Origin: a virus
Taxonomy: Duplodnaviria > Caudoviricetes
Direction: 5' to 3' (one strand)
IMG/VR virus record: IMGVR_UViG_3300037067_018912
Location: 32,001 to 96,000 of that record
DNA length: 64,000 nucleotides
Below are positions 39,601-48,440 of the stretch, in pieces. The translations under genes and the position numbers were made by a program. Under the pieces are notes generated by a model. It was given only the letters and a program-made list of their open reading frames with translations. It was not told where the DNA came from and searched no databases. Numbering within the stretch: the stretch's first letter is position 1; every line of letters begins with the position of its first letter.

Positions 39601-40026
39601 CCCCTCCTTGGTCTTCCAAGGATTGTTCTTTGGATCACCGTGATGCCAAACCATCCACGCAACGTTTTCATCATAGAAAACATCTGTGTTGTTGTAATAG
39701 ATTACATTGGGGTTGTTTAAAGTTTCAACAATAGCCTTAACGCTGTCAACACGTTTTAGATTCTTCTTCCGGCAATCGTGATTCCCACGAGTGATCCTTA
39801 CGGGTGCTATCGTTGCCAGGCTGTTGAGAAAGCCGTTTGCAAGAATTAATTGCTCTCCCTGCAGGTCAAGATAATCGTGGACGAGGTCTCCGGCTATAAC
39901 GATCCTGTCGGGTTTTTTTTCTGCGAGGGATTTGAGAAGGTTTTTAAATACAAATCTATATTCTTCGTTTCTTGTCGGGGTCTTGCGAATGTGAATGTCG
40001 GCAAGATGGGCAACGGTTTTAATCAT
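36697..40026 (-). CDS. Fused Mre11/SbcD nuclease - Rad50/SbcC ATPase
   Basis: ADIH, AGD, GNHD, GDIH; Walker A GINTAGKTT; zinc hook CPTC; ASGKE; FLLDE. Confidence 0.93.
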   Translation of the reverse strand: MIKTVAHLADIHIRKTPTRNEEYRFVFKNLLKSLAEKKPDRIVIAGDLVHDYLDLQGEQLILANGFLNSLATIAPVRITRGNHDCRKKNLKRVDSVKAIVETLNNPNVIYYNNTDVFYDENVAWMVWHHGDPKNNPWKTKEGKIYEKLRINNDYVAIDLFHDPVNGCKTPTGFEMKSKSLYKLSDFKGDLSFFGDIHKAQFLDDKQTKAYCGSLIAQDISEGDGEFHGYMLWNTENKTAELVPVRNYHSFKNVDISPYMDFNDLDFEIENPTEEMHVRFVWKTLPQTRTKDNERKLFHYIKSKHPNTIILHKNVFIETEKIEVNENITLQNISNKVVQHEIFKEYLEKIGTDPDVINDILALDEEILNLIDIKEDAGIEWDIIKFGGVNFASYATLDVDWRDKDGLFQITGINTAGKTTIMKLITYALFTKSLETESRMKYGDSRFVNNRNGASYCEAYLVIEANGEYFGIKKRTDISRAKDGSINGSPTTFNYYILPGPDDEMNDGNLLDKLDEDKRVATQKKLESIIGSYDNFMRIVMTTSDTLNRILSNDMAIFIDSLLYDSGLDIFDKKLEGLKIYQKSVNDKPRVTCSIEMKEVENAGYVEEIRDFDGKITNIETVVMPDIQYRILTGRTYVETLTKKLYTIDPEIYGLNVLDTKGWIDVYKRKIDEHNARERVLNENIVPLKESYDEQKLETLIKEKELHKLAEYNDRLKIKAVEQAVRDEEHAIEIINGDIFRLKQDGAKYKKDISELKNSKICPTCGQPLTAEHQSHIDAKIKEKETEMFAVAAKINEKESNDKTVHQENIRLKNDEILLIKKTIEEAALQLEDVLAEIGNLTNDKNDVEKRKEMQTELNQLPTLIQNEELKIKILQQKIDNHENSLKQIEENHRIEKGIEAAKKRLSELEARETDERENIFILKGKVGDRQKRIKDNETLVTDFKAQEYRDLVMNLYKKCVHRDGIPRQMLSNYIIPKINLTLETILSVAPFKVWLDQDDLRPKLAYNNRPSAVIDCIGASGKERTFASVVLKFALNQINVKAKPTIFLLDEVMGKLDLEGSVEEFIEILHMIKNSMKKTLVIEQVHEINPDYLINVQLDEDGISSLVIE

Positions 40027-40043
40027 AACGACATACTTTTTAA

Positions 40044-40074
40044 CAAATATACCCAAAACATGAGCAGAGTGCAA
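40044..40074 (-). promoter_or_regulatory. Bacteroidota-type promoter for the Mre11-Rad50 gene
   Basis: TTG-N20-TATATTTG on the minus strand. Confidence 0.6.
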
Positions 40075-40207
40075 GGGTTTTTAAAAATTGTCAAAACGGC
40101 AAAACAGACCTTTCTTTTCATGACAAATTTTCATGTTCATCCCTATGGCATGGTATTAGTAATACATACTGAAAGAAAAATAATTTTAACCTTAAATTTA
40201 TAAAACC

Positions 40208-40627
40208 ATGTTAGCAATAAGACACAAAAATTCACCGACATTGATCGACATTCTCGATCATTTCTTCAGCAATCCTACTTGCTGCGATACCGATACCGAT
40301 CTTCCAGTAAAAACGCCCGTTCACGACATTATTGAAAATGATAAGGAATATGTTGTTGAAATGCTTCTTGCCGGGGTGAAGAAAGATGACATCACCATTG
40401 ATGTTGAAAAAGATGCAATAATCATCAAAGCAGAACGCAAGGAAGTTAAGGATTTGAAATACAACCGCAAACAGAGTTATTTTGGCAAGTATGAGAGGGT
40501 GATCTACCTGTCGGACGATGCTGATGTTGAGAACATCTTGGCTTCTATGGAGGACGGTATTCTGAAAATCACTGTGCCGAAAACGAAAGACGTGAAAACC
40601 GTAAAGAAATCCATTGAGATTAAGTAA
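40208..40627 (+). CDS. Hsp20 small heat-shock protein
   Basis: DIIE.DKEY..E..LAGVKKDDI, GKYER, ASMEDGILKITVPK. Confidence 0.93.
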   Translation: MLAIRHKNSPTLIDILDHFFSNPTCCDTDTDLPVKTPVHDIIENDKEYVVEMLLAGVKKDDITIDVEKDAIIIKAERKEVKDLKYNRKQSYFGKYERVIYLSDDADVENILASMEDGILKITVPKTKDVKTVKKSIEIK

Positions 40628-40646
40628 TTATTAAAAGTCCCGGATT

Positions 40647-40674
40647 GAAAGGCGTTGGAAACGACGCCTTTTTC
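40647..40674. terminator. Terminator between convergent Hsp20 and radical SAM genes
   Basis: AAAGGCGTTG-GAAA-CGACGCCTTT. Confidence 0.75.
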
Positions 40675-41401
40675 ATTCTTGAACAGCGTATTCACATTTC
40701 CGACAAATTATGTCCGAACCTTCCGTGCTCTGCAACATTTGCAATCTTCGTCTTTCAATATTAAATTCTTCCGACTCATAATCGTGTTCATACAGATTAC
40801 CGATCTTGTGTTTTAATCCAAAATCTTCACAGCACATATAAAGGTCTCCATTGGGGAGCATTGTGTTTTCATAAAACACCAAATCTTTATCGAAATGGTC
40901 GCAACGTAATCTTCCGGTCTTGAATACCGGATCGGGAGTTTCAAGATTGCCCGCCCTTGATTTTATATCAGGAGTATCCCCGTTCCTATATATTATTTCG
41001 ATCTCGTTTGTAAATCTCGCTTCACCGTAGTTAAACAATCTTCTGTTGAAATTTTCCCCCGTGTATCTGTGAAAGAAAACTGTTTCGAATTTAATTTTCG
41101 AATTAACGAGCCTGTCAGCCTTCTCTTTGTCAATCCCCTGCATTGTCGAATACAAACCGATCTTGCGACCATCGTTGTATGTATATATCATCATATCAAC
41201 AAATTCGGGATTGAAAAAATTCTCACCGACTCCAGCAAAATTGACGATGATGTCCTTATCAATGTTCTTCAACAAAATTTTGAGGTTTTCAAGTGTCAAA
41301 AGCCTCACATTTCTTCTATATGCGGTCAACAAAACTTTTTGGGGGCAATACCAACATCCAACGGGACATCCAACAATTGTTGATAGATTAATTTCCTTCA
41401 T
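40673..41401 (-). CDS. Radical SAM protein with SPASM/Twitch domain
   Basis: CPVGCWYC (CxxxCxxC); SRAGN; NGDLYMCCED...IGNL...ICRKC. Confidence 0.88.
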   Translation of the reverse strand: MKEINLSTIVGCPVGCWYCPQKVLLTAYRRNVRLLTLENLKILLKNIDKDIIVNFAGVGENFFNPEFVDMMIYTYNDGRKIGLYSTMQGIDKEKADRLVNSKIKFETVFFHRYTGENFNRRLFNYGEARFTNEIEIIYRNGDTPDIKSRAGNLETPDPVFKTGRLRCDHFDKDLVFYENTMLPNGDLYMCCEDFGLKHKIGNLYEHDYESEEFNIERRRLQMLQSTEGSDIICRKCEYAVQE

Positions 41402-41966
41402 GAATCTCTTTGGAATTATTTTTTTTCAATTTCGTCTTGATGTAATTGACTCTGTTGCTGACCGTGGTGCTCGTGAGATTGAATTCACTACCAATCTCAT
41501 TATAATCATATCCTTGCACGTATTTCATACTCAACAAAGTATAATCCTCCGGTGATAATTGGGTTGACAAATATGCAACAGAACTACTACTTTCGAAATC
41601 CGTACTGTAGGAAATGTTCAAATCCACTCCGGAAGAGCAGGTCACACAATAACAATTGTCAGGCATTATAATGTTGCAGCAATGTGAAGTGATATTACTT
41701 CTATACTGATCAATCATATAATTCTTGGCAACGGTTGTTAACCAAGTTTTAAAACCTGATTTCTCCCGATCGTATTTATCAAGATTGTAAAAGACTTTGA
41801 TTAATATCTCCGATGTGTAGTCATCAAAATCACCGGAAGGCACTTTAAATTTATTTTGTTTCAAATAGTTCTCAACAACCTTTTTGTATTTGTTGAAAAA
41901 CTCATCCTGCGCCTTAGTATTTCCGCTCAGAACGCATTGGATTAAAAGGTTTGTATCTTCGATCAT
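41388..41966 (-). CDS. ECF-like sigma70-family sigma factor
   Basis: Region 2 (FKTWLTTVAKNYMIDQYR) and region 4 HTH (GYDYNEIG..FNLTSTTVSNRV). Confidence 0.85.
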   Translation of the reverse strand: MIEDTNLLIQCVLSGNTKAQDEFFNKYKKVVENYLKQNKFKVPSGDFDDYTSEILIKVFYNLDKYDREKSGFKTWLTTVAKNYMIDQYRSNITSHCCNIIMPDNCYCVTCSSGVDLNISYSTDFESSSSVAYLSTQLSPEDYTLLSMKYVQGYDYNEIGSEFNLTSTTVSNRVNYIKTKLKKNNSKEIHEGN

Positions 41967-42960
41967 AAGGTTTCTTCAATCTATATGTAAAATAATCATC
42001 AACGGTCAACCCCCTCGCCCCACGCAGACTTTTAATAACAGCATTTATACCCTGCTTCTTTCTTAATTCATCCAAATCATCATTCGTAGGAAGTTTAACC
42101 AATTTGACTCTTTCCTCGCAGCCTACATAGATATTTTTCAACTGATAAAACAGGTTGATAGCCTCTTTGTATGCGTCCGGGTCTAACAATACCACAACAT
42201 CAGGTCTCAATTCTTTCAATTTTCTAAACAATGTGAGCGATAATGTTTTCCCAAGCATGGGTATACAATTAACAGGAAAACTGAACATTTCAAACACACC
42301 CTCAACAAGATATACAGTAGAATCCCAATTTACAAAACCTTCATTAAATATAATAGCGTCCTTATTCGATTTCGGATTATCGTATTTACCTTTTTTTACT
42401 TTTCTATCATAAGTCCTCGCAACAAAATAATTCACTTCGCCATTTGCATCGTAAGACGGTATTATTATCCTCTTTGCATATTTCCCGGTTGTGCAAAAAC
42501 CAAGCCGATATTTCAAAATGATACTCTTGTCAATCATTCTGTCAAGTACCATATAACTATACGCCTCAAAATGTTCCGAATTTCCCCCTTCCATTTGAGA
42601 AAAATAAATCATTTCCTCCGGAAGTTGAACTGGGACGTATTCTTTTTCATCTTCCTCCCACGAATAATCATCACCGTAAATGCTTGCATACGATTTATAA
42701 ATCTCGTAATCAGCATCCGATCCGAACATCCTAATCAACCTACCCAAAGAACCGGAGAATTTCGGTTCGTCGCACTTCCAACACCTGAAAACCCGTTTTG
42801 CGGTGTTGATTTCAAGGTTGAATTTTTCGTCAGGTTGGTGTAATCCTTCCCTTTCTTGGCAGCGGGGACAGTTGACCTGCACTTGCTCCGATTCCAAGTA
42901 TCCATTGACATCTTCGAAGATGTTCTGGATTATCGAATGAAACTCTTCCCCCCTGATCAT
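41914..42960 (-). CDS. DNA primase (Zn finger + TOPRIM)
   Basis: CPRC...CWKC, RIIIPSYD..G.VNYFVAR, LVEG, LDPDA. Confidence 0.88.
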   Translation of the reverse strand: MIRGEEFHSIIQNIFEDVNGYLESEQVQVNCPRCQEREGLHQPDEKFNLEINTAKRVFRCWKCDEPKFSGSLGRLIRMFGSDADYEIYKSYASIYGDDYSWEEDEKEYVPVQLPEEMIYFSQMEGGNSEHFEAYSYMVLDRMIDKSIILKYRLGFCTTGKYAKRIIIPSYDANGEVNYFVARTYDRKVKKGKYDNPKSNKDAIIFNEGFVNWDSTVYLVEGVFEMFSFPVNCIPMLGKTLSLTLFRKLKELRPDVVVLLDPDAYKEAINLFYQLKNIYVGCEERVKLVKLPTNDDLDELRKKQGINAVIKSLRGARGLTVDDYFTYRLKKPYDRRYKPFNPMRSERKY

Positions 42961-43036
42961 ACACAAATATAAACAAAATTTGCCCCAAAACAAAGGAATT
43001 GGAGCAAATCGGGTAAGATTTCAGACGGTGTTGATG

Positions 43037-43567
43037 CTACACCCTGTATTTCCTTTTGTTTGCGAGAAAAGGAAAGAACGATACAATTTTTTCAAGGAAT
43101 GCAGGAAATTTAACTATTAAATTTCCATTACCGGAGTTTAAATTATAACCCTTTGAAATAAAGTAGTTCTGCAATTCATCGAAATACTCGACAACTTTGA
43201 TTTTCAATGCATTTTCATCTACTATTCCGGCATTGGTCTTCATTTGTTGGTATTCTCTGAATATCTTTGCGTAATCCTCTTTCGCCACTTCTGCTTCCTT
43301 CCGGAGTCTTTCATTCTCCTCGGTCAGAAGTGTCATTTGTTCGGTGAGCCAATCGGTACTCATCGTATTCGGACGGTCATCGACTTCAAGCAGATCATCA
43401 TTCGCTTGTTCGCCGATTTTTGGAAGTCTGACTTCTTGCAAGAGTGTATTGGCCATCTGTTTGGCTTTCAAATCCCTTTCTTCTTCAGGTGTAAGGGTCT
43501 TTTCCTCTTCCTGTTTCTCAGACTTTTTATCACTTTTCGTGAATTTAAGTAAACCTTCTTTTCCCAT
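43037..43567 (-). CDS. Hypothetical coiled-coil protein
   Basis: ORF in operon. Confidence 0.75.
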   Translation of the reverse strand: MGKEGLLKFTKSDKKSEKQEEEKTLTPEEERDLKAKQMANTLLQEVRLPKIGEQANDDLLEVDDRPNTMSTDWLTEQMTLLTEENERLRKEAEVAKEDYAKIFREYQQMKTNAGIVDENALKIKVVEYFDELQNYFISKGYNLNSGNGNLIVKFPAFLEKIVSFFPFLANKRKYRV

Positions 43568-43570
43568 GAT

Positions 43571-45064
43571 TTATTCAATTATTAGATTGGTATTGAGGTG
43601 GGCGACCAATCCGAAAACATCGTTCCAAATAAATGCGTCAGCCGCTTTTATTGCACCGACGAAACCTTTCTTATGATGCCATTCCTCCGTACCTGTGAGG
43701 CTTGAGAGATACCTGACGGTTACACCCAAATCCTCGTTTAATGTTTTTAACTTATTGTCACCCACCGAATAACTAACATTCCTTTTCCTGTGGATGTGAC
43801 CGACATGCCATTCGTGGAACTTCGTTTCGCTCCACATCGGTTTTGATTCTATATCACTCGCCATTATTAATGGCAACGAACCTTCTTTCTCCTCGCTACC
43901 ATGCGTGAAACCAAGCAGTACATTACCAAAACGGTAATACTTCCTCGGTGATGCGCCGTCGTTGACACTCACCATTTCATCATCCTTAAACCATGCGAAT
44001 AAATATTCTCCCATATAGAAACTACGTTCAAAATCATGGTTTCCTGGAATAACAATAACATCTACCGGGACTCCGGTTTGTTTCAATAGATTTATTGCGT
44101 CAACAAGCAATCTCACACCAATCTTGAACGTCTTTTGCCAACGTAAGTCCTCGTCTTGTTGAGTACCCTTGGTTGTGGTGTTGAATATCGTATCCGAATT
44201 GAAGAAATCGTTCCCAACCGGAAAGAGTATTCTTGAATAAGGGAATCCGCTCGCCCGGTAAACAAGTTTTTCAATTGCTGTCAAGAATCTCTCCCGTGCA
44301 ATTTTCACATCGTAATTTTCCCCGGTTTCTCCACCCCAACCAAGTTTACCCAAATGCAGGTCGAAAATGGAAATTTCAAGTAGGTTATTTTCATCACCTT
44401 GTGAAGGAATGTGTGATTGAACATTAAGTATCGGTGGTCTATATTCTTCGACCATATCTTTGAATATTTGCACCATATCCAAAGTTTCCTCAATTTGGAA
44501 ATTCTTTTCAAGACGTGCCTTGACTTGGAAGTTCTGTATTGTTTCGGCGAAATCACCTTTCCAACTTGTGACATCCCATTTATTAACGATATAATCCTTG
44601 ACTTTCCACAAGTTCAGATCAACTTGGCAGATTTCAAGCAATTCGTCAAGGGTTTTGATGTGATCAGCAGGATAGTTCATGCCGCTCTTCCATTCGATTT
44701 CCGCTTGGCCTCCATTGGCATTGAACTTAGTCTGTTCACCTTTTGTCAAGGGAGGTAGGTCTTTAGGTTTGGTTTCAGGACCTGGAAATTCTCCATGTGT
44801 TTGTTGATCGTAATATTCTTTCGGTGGTAGTTCTACAAATGGTATGGCTGAAAGGTTTTCGTAACGTTTATACGCCGTATCGAACATATTGAACAGTTCT
44901 TCGTTGAGGATACCCTTTTCGTATAATTCGTAGACTTTCGCCTTGGTGTTCTTTACATAAGTATCGGATTGGTCACACAATACTGACGCCTCTTTTACTG
45001 ATACTTTGTTTTTAATCGCATAATTAATGATTCTTATCGCTTTTTCAATCCGTTCTCTTTTCAT
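43571..45064 (-). CDS. Calcineurin-like metallophosphoesterase with N-terminal extension
   Basis: DLHLG, GNDFFN, PGNHD, FTHG, GHIH. Confidence 0.85.
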   Translation of the reverse strand: MKRERIEKAIRIINYAIKNKVSVKEASVLCDQSDTYVKNTKAKVYELYEKGILNEELFNMFDTAYKRYENLSAIPFVELPPKEYYDQQTHGEFPGPETKPKDLPPLTKGEQTKFNANGGQAEIEWKSGMNYPADHIKTLDELLEICQVDLNLWKVKDYIVNKWDVTSWKGDFAETIQNFQVKARLEKNFQIEETLDMVQIFKDMVEEYRPPILNVQSHIPSQGDENNLLEISIFDLHLGKLGWGGETGENYDVKIARERFLTAIEKLVYRASGFPYSRILFPVGNDFFNSDTIFNTTTKGTQQDEDLRWQKTFKIGVRLLVDAINLLKQTGVPVDVIVIPGNHDFERSFYMGEYLFAWFKDDEMVSVNDGASPRKYYRFGNVLLGFTHGSEEKEGSLPLIMASDIESKPMWSETKFHEWHVGHIHRKRNVSYSVGDNKLKTLNEDLGVTVRYLSSLTGTEEWHHKKGFVGAIKAADAFIWNDVFGLVAHLNTNLIIE

Positions 45065-45136
45065 ATAACAAGAAATTTTAATAAAAAGTCTTATTTTATA
45101 TCAAACTTACCTGATAAATACCAAAAACGCAAGGTT

Positions 45137-45475
45137 TTATAAAAATACATTGCCGTTTTTTTTCAGAAAAATCAAATTTTCTTCGATCTTCTTACATTCA
45201 TTGATAAAAGCGATCTCATTTTCTATCGACATCTCGAACCATTCACCCTCTCTCCGAAGATGGGAGTGCCTTGCCTGTAATGCTCTTTCGATTTGAAAGG
45301 CATAATCGGATGGATACGTTTCAACCAATTTTAAAGGAGATTGATTCCCGGTTTGAAGTTCCCCAACCCGTTGCCGGGGATGTTTTGAAACGCCGATTTT
45401 GTAATAACTGTTTTCCAGTGATTGGATCAGATATACGTATTTAATTTTGTCTTGCGGATTTGTTGGTTTCAACAT
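45137..45475 (-). CDS. GIY-YIG (T5orf172/MUG113-type) protein
   Basis: YVYLI...YKIGVS..P..R..ELQTGN, E..L, GEWF. Confidence 0.88.
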   Translation of the reverse strand: MLKPTNPQDKIKYVYLIQSLENSYYKIGVSKHPRQRVGELQTGNQSPLKLVETYPSDYAFQIERALQARHSHLRREGEWFEMSIENEIAFINECKKIEENLIFLKKNGNVFL

Positions 45476-45478
45476 GAT

Positions 45479-46090
45479 TTATTTAATAATCCCCAATTGT
45501 TTTAACCCGGCATACCCCACGGCATAACTATCAGACATATCGAAGCACATCTCCCTCGGCTCATTGCTCTTCTCCTTGTAAACCCATTCGATTTGAGGTT
45601 CTAATTTACATACCTTCTCCCAAATGTATAACTTCTTTTGATCCCTGTATTTTTCGGGGAAGGAAAGAGTTTCGATCTTCTGTCCCTTCTTGTATGAAAC
45701 CCTGACAAGTTCGGAGCAAAATGCCTTTCTTGAATCATAAACACTGATTTTCACCGGGTATATATCGAAGATTAGAAACATGATATACCTGCAAATGCCA
45801 TTGAAACCGAACAGTAACGCTGCTGTTGATGGGTTGTTACTCCCACCCAATGGTTCTTCAACAATGATATTGGCAATTTCGCCGTTGAGGTTATTGAAAA
45901 TGTGGTTCTTATATTCAAGAACCCACTTCTTAAAAATCTCAGCCTTATGAATTTCCCTGTCGACGACCGGGACTTTCTTACCTATTTTTAATTCAAGGTG
46001 TTTGAGTTCAATCAGTTTCCCGTTACTGTCCCATAACGCACTACCGATATTAGTGGTGCTAATGTCCAATGACCAATTATATTTTTCCAT
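45479..46090 (-). CDS. RuvC-like Holliday junction resolvase
   Basis: SLDISTTNIG, IIVEEP, DMSDSYAVG. Confidence 0.8.
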   Translation of the reverse strand: MEKYNWSLDISTTNIGSALWDSNGKLIELKHLELKIGKKVPVVDREIHKAEIFKKWVLEYKNHIFNNLNGEIANIIVEEPLGGSNNPSTAALLFGFNGICRYIMFLIFDIYPVKISVYDSRKAFCSELVRVSYKKGQKIETLSFPEKYRDQKKLYIWEKVCKLEPQIEWVYKEKSNEPREMCFDMSDSYAVGYAGLKQLGIIK

Positions 46091-46093
46091 AAC

Positions 46094-46324
46094 TTATTGA
46101 ACTTTAACGTCCTTTGTTTCCTCAATCAGGGATTGGATTTTCTTTGGGTTGTCAAGATAAAGCCTGATCAAATCTTCGATCACCCCCCCGATTTTTAGAC
46201 TCTTCCCTTTGCAAAGCGATTTGAATCTATTATGCAACCCTCCGTCGATAATAATAGATTTTGGCTTCGCACCGTTGAGTGCAAGTAAATCTTTCATATT
46301 TATTATAAATTTTTTGTTCTCCAT
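46094..46324 (-). CDS. Ribbon-helix-helix DNA-binding protein
   Basis: KSIIID..LH.RFK.LC....KI..VIEDLI.LYL. Confidence 0.65.
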   Translation of the reverse strand: MENKKFIINMKDLLALNGAKPKSIIIDGGLHNRFKSLCKGKSLKIGGVIEDLIRLYLDNPKKIQSLIEETKDVKVQ

Positions 46325-46370
46325 TCATAATAAATACTGAAGGATTATAAAAAATTATAAAATTTTATGA

Positions 46371-46931
46371 TTATTTTGAATAAATAATGTGGTTCAATTC
46401 TTTCAGGATACCGTTTTCTCTCGCAAACGCATCCTGTTCATACGGCCTTTTATCGTATGGAACTTCCATCATGTCGATCGTTTCACCCTTATAAATCACT
46501 TTCGGAACTCCAATTATTTGAATGAGTTCGCCTTTTTCCATCTGATCCAAATGAATCAATTCGTGTGAAAGGAATTTTTTTACTGAAATCGGCAAAACGC
46601 CTTTTTTTATAAGAATTATGTATTCGTGGGGATGGTCGTCGAATTGATTCTTTTGAATAAATCCAGAAATTTCATAATTATCATTACCCCATTCTCTTGG
46701 AAAGTAATATATCGTAACAATTGCCGTGTCGTATTTAAGAATCCTGTTCAATATCACCATCGCCAAAGTGTCTGCACGCTTGTGTTCAGTGTAATTGTTC
46801 ACAATCATCGTTTCCGGAAAATCGAAATGTCTAAATCTCTTCTCCCGTTGAATGTTTATAATAATGGTGATTATTATCCCGATTGCAAGTAATGCAAGAA
46901 ATATCACGAATATCAGCCAAGATTTTTTCAT
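46371..46931 (-). CDS. Membrane-anchored HExxH metallopeptidase-like protein
   Basis: N-terminal TM; LSHELIHLDQ...PYEQDAF. Confidence 0.75.
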   Translation of the reverse strand: MKKSWLIFVIFLALLAIGIIITIIINIQREKRFRHFDFPETMIVNNYTEHKRADTLAMVILNRILKYDTAIVTIYYFPREWGNDNYEISGFIQKNQFDDHPHEYIILIKKGVLPISVKKFLSHELIHLDQMEKGELIQIIGVPKVIYKGETIDMMEVPYDKRPYEQDAFARENGILKELNHIIYSK

Positions 46932-46933
46932 AA

Positions 46934-47680
46934 TTAAAAATCAACTGCGAAAACAATCGTTCTTGAAATGCTTGAATTCTTTGGGACGGGGTTGTTCAAC
47001 TTACCAATAGCCACAAGGTTCTTTTCGCTATCATACAATCCTATTTCTGTAATATACACCGGAGACGCACTGTCCCACGTCGGATTCGTTGTCGAATTAA
47101 ATTGATTGAGTGGTAGATTTATTGCCAAATCCATTGTATAAGCGATCGCTTTGGCATCGGCAGACACATTTCCAATGAAATATTGTTCTTCTCCAAATGA
47201 AAGCGCATCAGGTGCTGTTTTTTCGGGATAATCAAGATATTCAAGATTGTAAATCGGCATCTCAACAATATTATTGTACTTGTAGATCGGGACTTTAAAG
47301 ATGCTTCCACACAAGTATTCTGAGGTCAACAATTGTCCAACGGTAAATCCTGTATAATAATCCTCAATTTGGTTAGTCACGTCGTATTTTCTCCAATTGG
47401 AAGCAATCGGTTTCACGTCATTAAGGCTGCTGTATGCGTTGTTGTTTATCAGTTGAACGAGCACATAAATTTTGTTTACAGTATATCCAGTACCACCGTT
47501 AAAACCTGCCGCCAAAAACTTGAAATCGTCAACATCATTGAAATAAATGTTGACTTCCTTGTTAACGACAGTCTCCAAAGGGAGGCTATTGATATAGTTG
47601 CAATGAATTGCTGTGCTATATCCATTGCCGGGGGTCGTCTCCAACAGGTAACTGAAAAATACTGTGTATCCGTTCGCCAT
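46934..47680 (-). CDS. Baseplate/tail structural protein
   Basis: C-terminal YITEIGLYD....LVAIGKL..PV.K motif of jumbo-phage tail/baseplate proteins. Confidence 0.7.
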   Translation of the reverse strand: MANGYTVFFSYLLETTPGNGYSTAIHCNYINSLPLETVVNKEVNIYFNDVDDFKFLAAGFNGGTGYTVNKIYVLVQLINNNAYSSLNDVKPIASNWRKYDVTNQIEDYYTGFTVGQLLTSEYLCGSIFKVPIYKYNNIVEMPIYNLEYLDYPEKTAPDALSFGEEQYFIGNVSADAKAIAYTMDLAINLPLNQFNSTTNPTWDSASPVYITEIGLYDSEKNLVAIGKLNNPVPKNSSISRTIVFAVDF

Positions 47681-47695
47681 AGTATGTATAAATAG

Positions 47696-48427
47696 TTAGA
47701 ATTTCAATATCATATTATCCCTGTCAACATAAACCACACCGTATGTGTTCGTCCCGCCTGTTAACGAGATGTTCGGGTCGAGCCAATCCGTATAAGCATT
47801 CAAATCAATTTGGTAATCAGGTATGATTAAATCTTTTGAATACCTGTATTTAAAATATGTCTCAATAAAACCTGCCTGAAATGAGATCGTTCCGGCTATA
47901 GTCTTAGATGGTCCACTCATAGATTCAATAACTTCGGCATGTATTTGGTCACTAACATCGAGATAGGTGAACTGACTACTGCCCGTGACACCTGTAATTG
48001 GATTTATGGCAGTTATTGAATATGATACAGTTCTGTTTGACGCTAATGGCTCACCATTCAATGTTTTGAACCATAAATAAAGCATTATGTTCGTATCCAC
48101 CGGGGTATCACCAAAATAATGCTCTGAACGATTCGTGGCATCTTCATTGAATATCAACAAGGTGTCTTGTGATTGGCCGACAACCATGCGATCCCCCGGA
48201 ACAACCGTTGTGGTTGTTGTTGTAACGAAAGGATCGACGATTATTTCCTTTTCATAAACACATCCATTCGAATCAGTGAAAACAAGAGTATATTCTCCAT
48301 CTTCCACATCAATAAACGAATATGTCCCCGTCTCAGTATGAACGTTCGCCGGAATGAAACTCGGTGTCAGTTCAACTGTAACAGGCATCGCCCCGTTTGT
48401 TATAGTATAAAAAATCGTCGCCGCCAT
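47696..48427 (-). CDS. Virion protein with SprB-repeat-like N-domain and poly-Thr linker
   Basis: GEYTLVFTDSNGC; VTTTTTTVVP. Confidence 0.65.
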   Translation of the reverse strand: MAATIFYTITNGAMPVTVELTPSFIPANVHTETGTYSFIDVEDGEYTLVFTDSNGCVYEKEIIVDPFVTTTTTTVVPGDRMVVGQSQDTLLIFNEDATNRSEHYFGDTPVDTNIMLYLWFKTLNGEPLASNRTVSYSITAINPITGVTGSSQFTYLDVSDQIHAEVIESMSGPSKTIAGTISFQAGFIETYFKYRYSKDLIIPDYQIDLNAYTDWLDPNISLTGGTNTYGVVYVDRDNMILKF

Positions 48428-48440
48428 TTATTCAATTCTA

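Noticed and set aside
45137-45475. Intron-associated homing endonuclease
   Set aside because: Free-standing 112-aa single domain; the flanking genes appear uninterrupted
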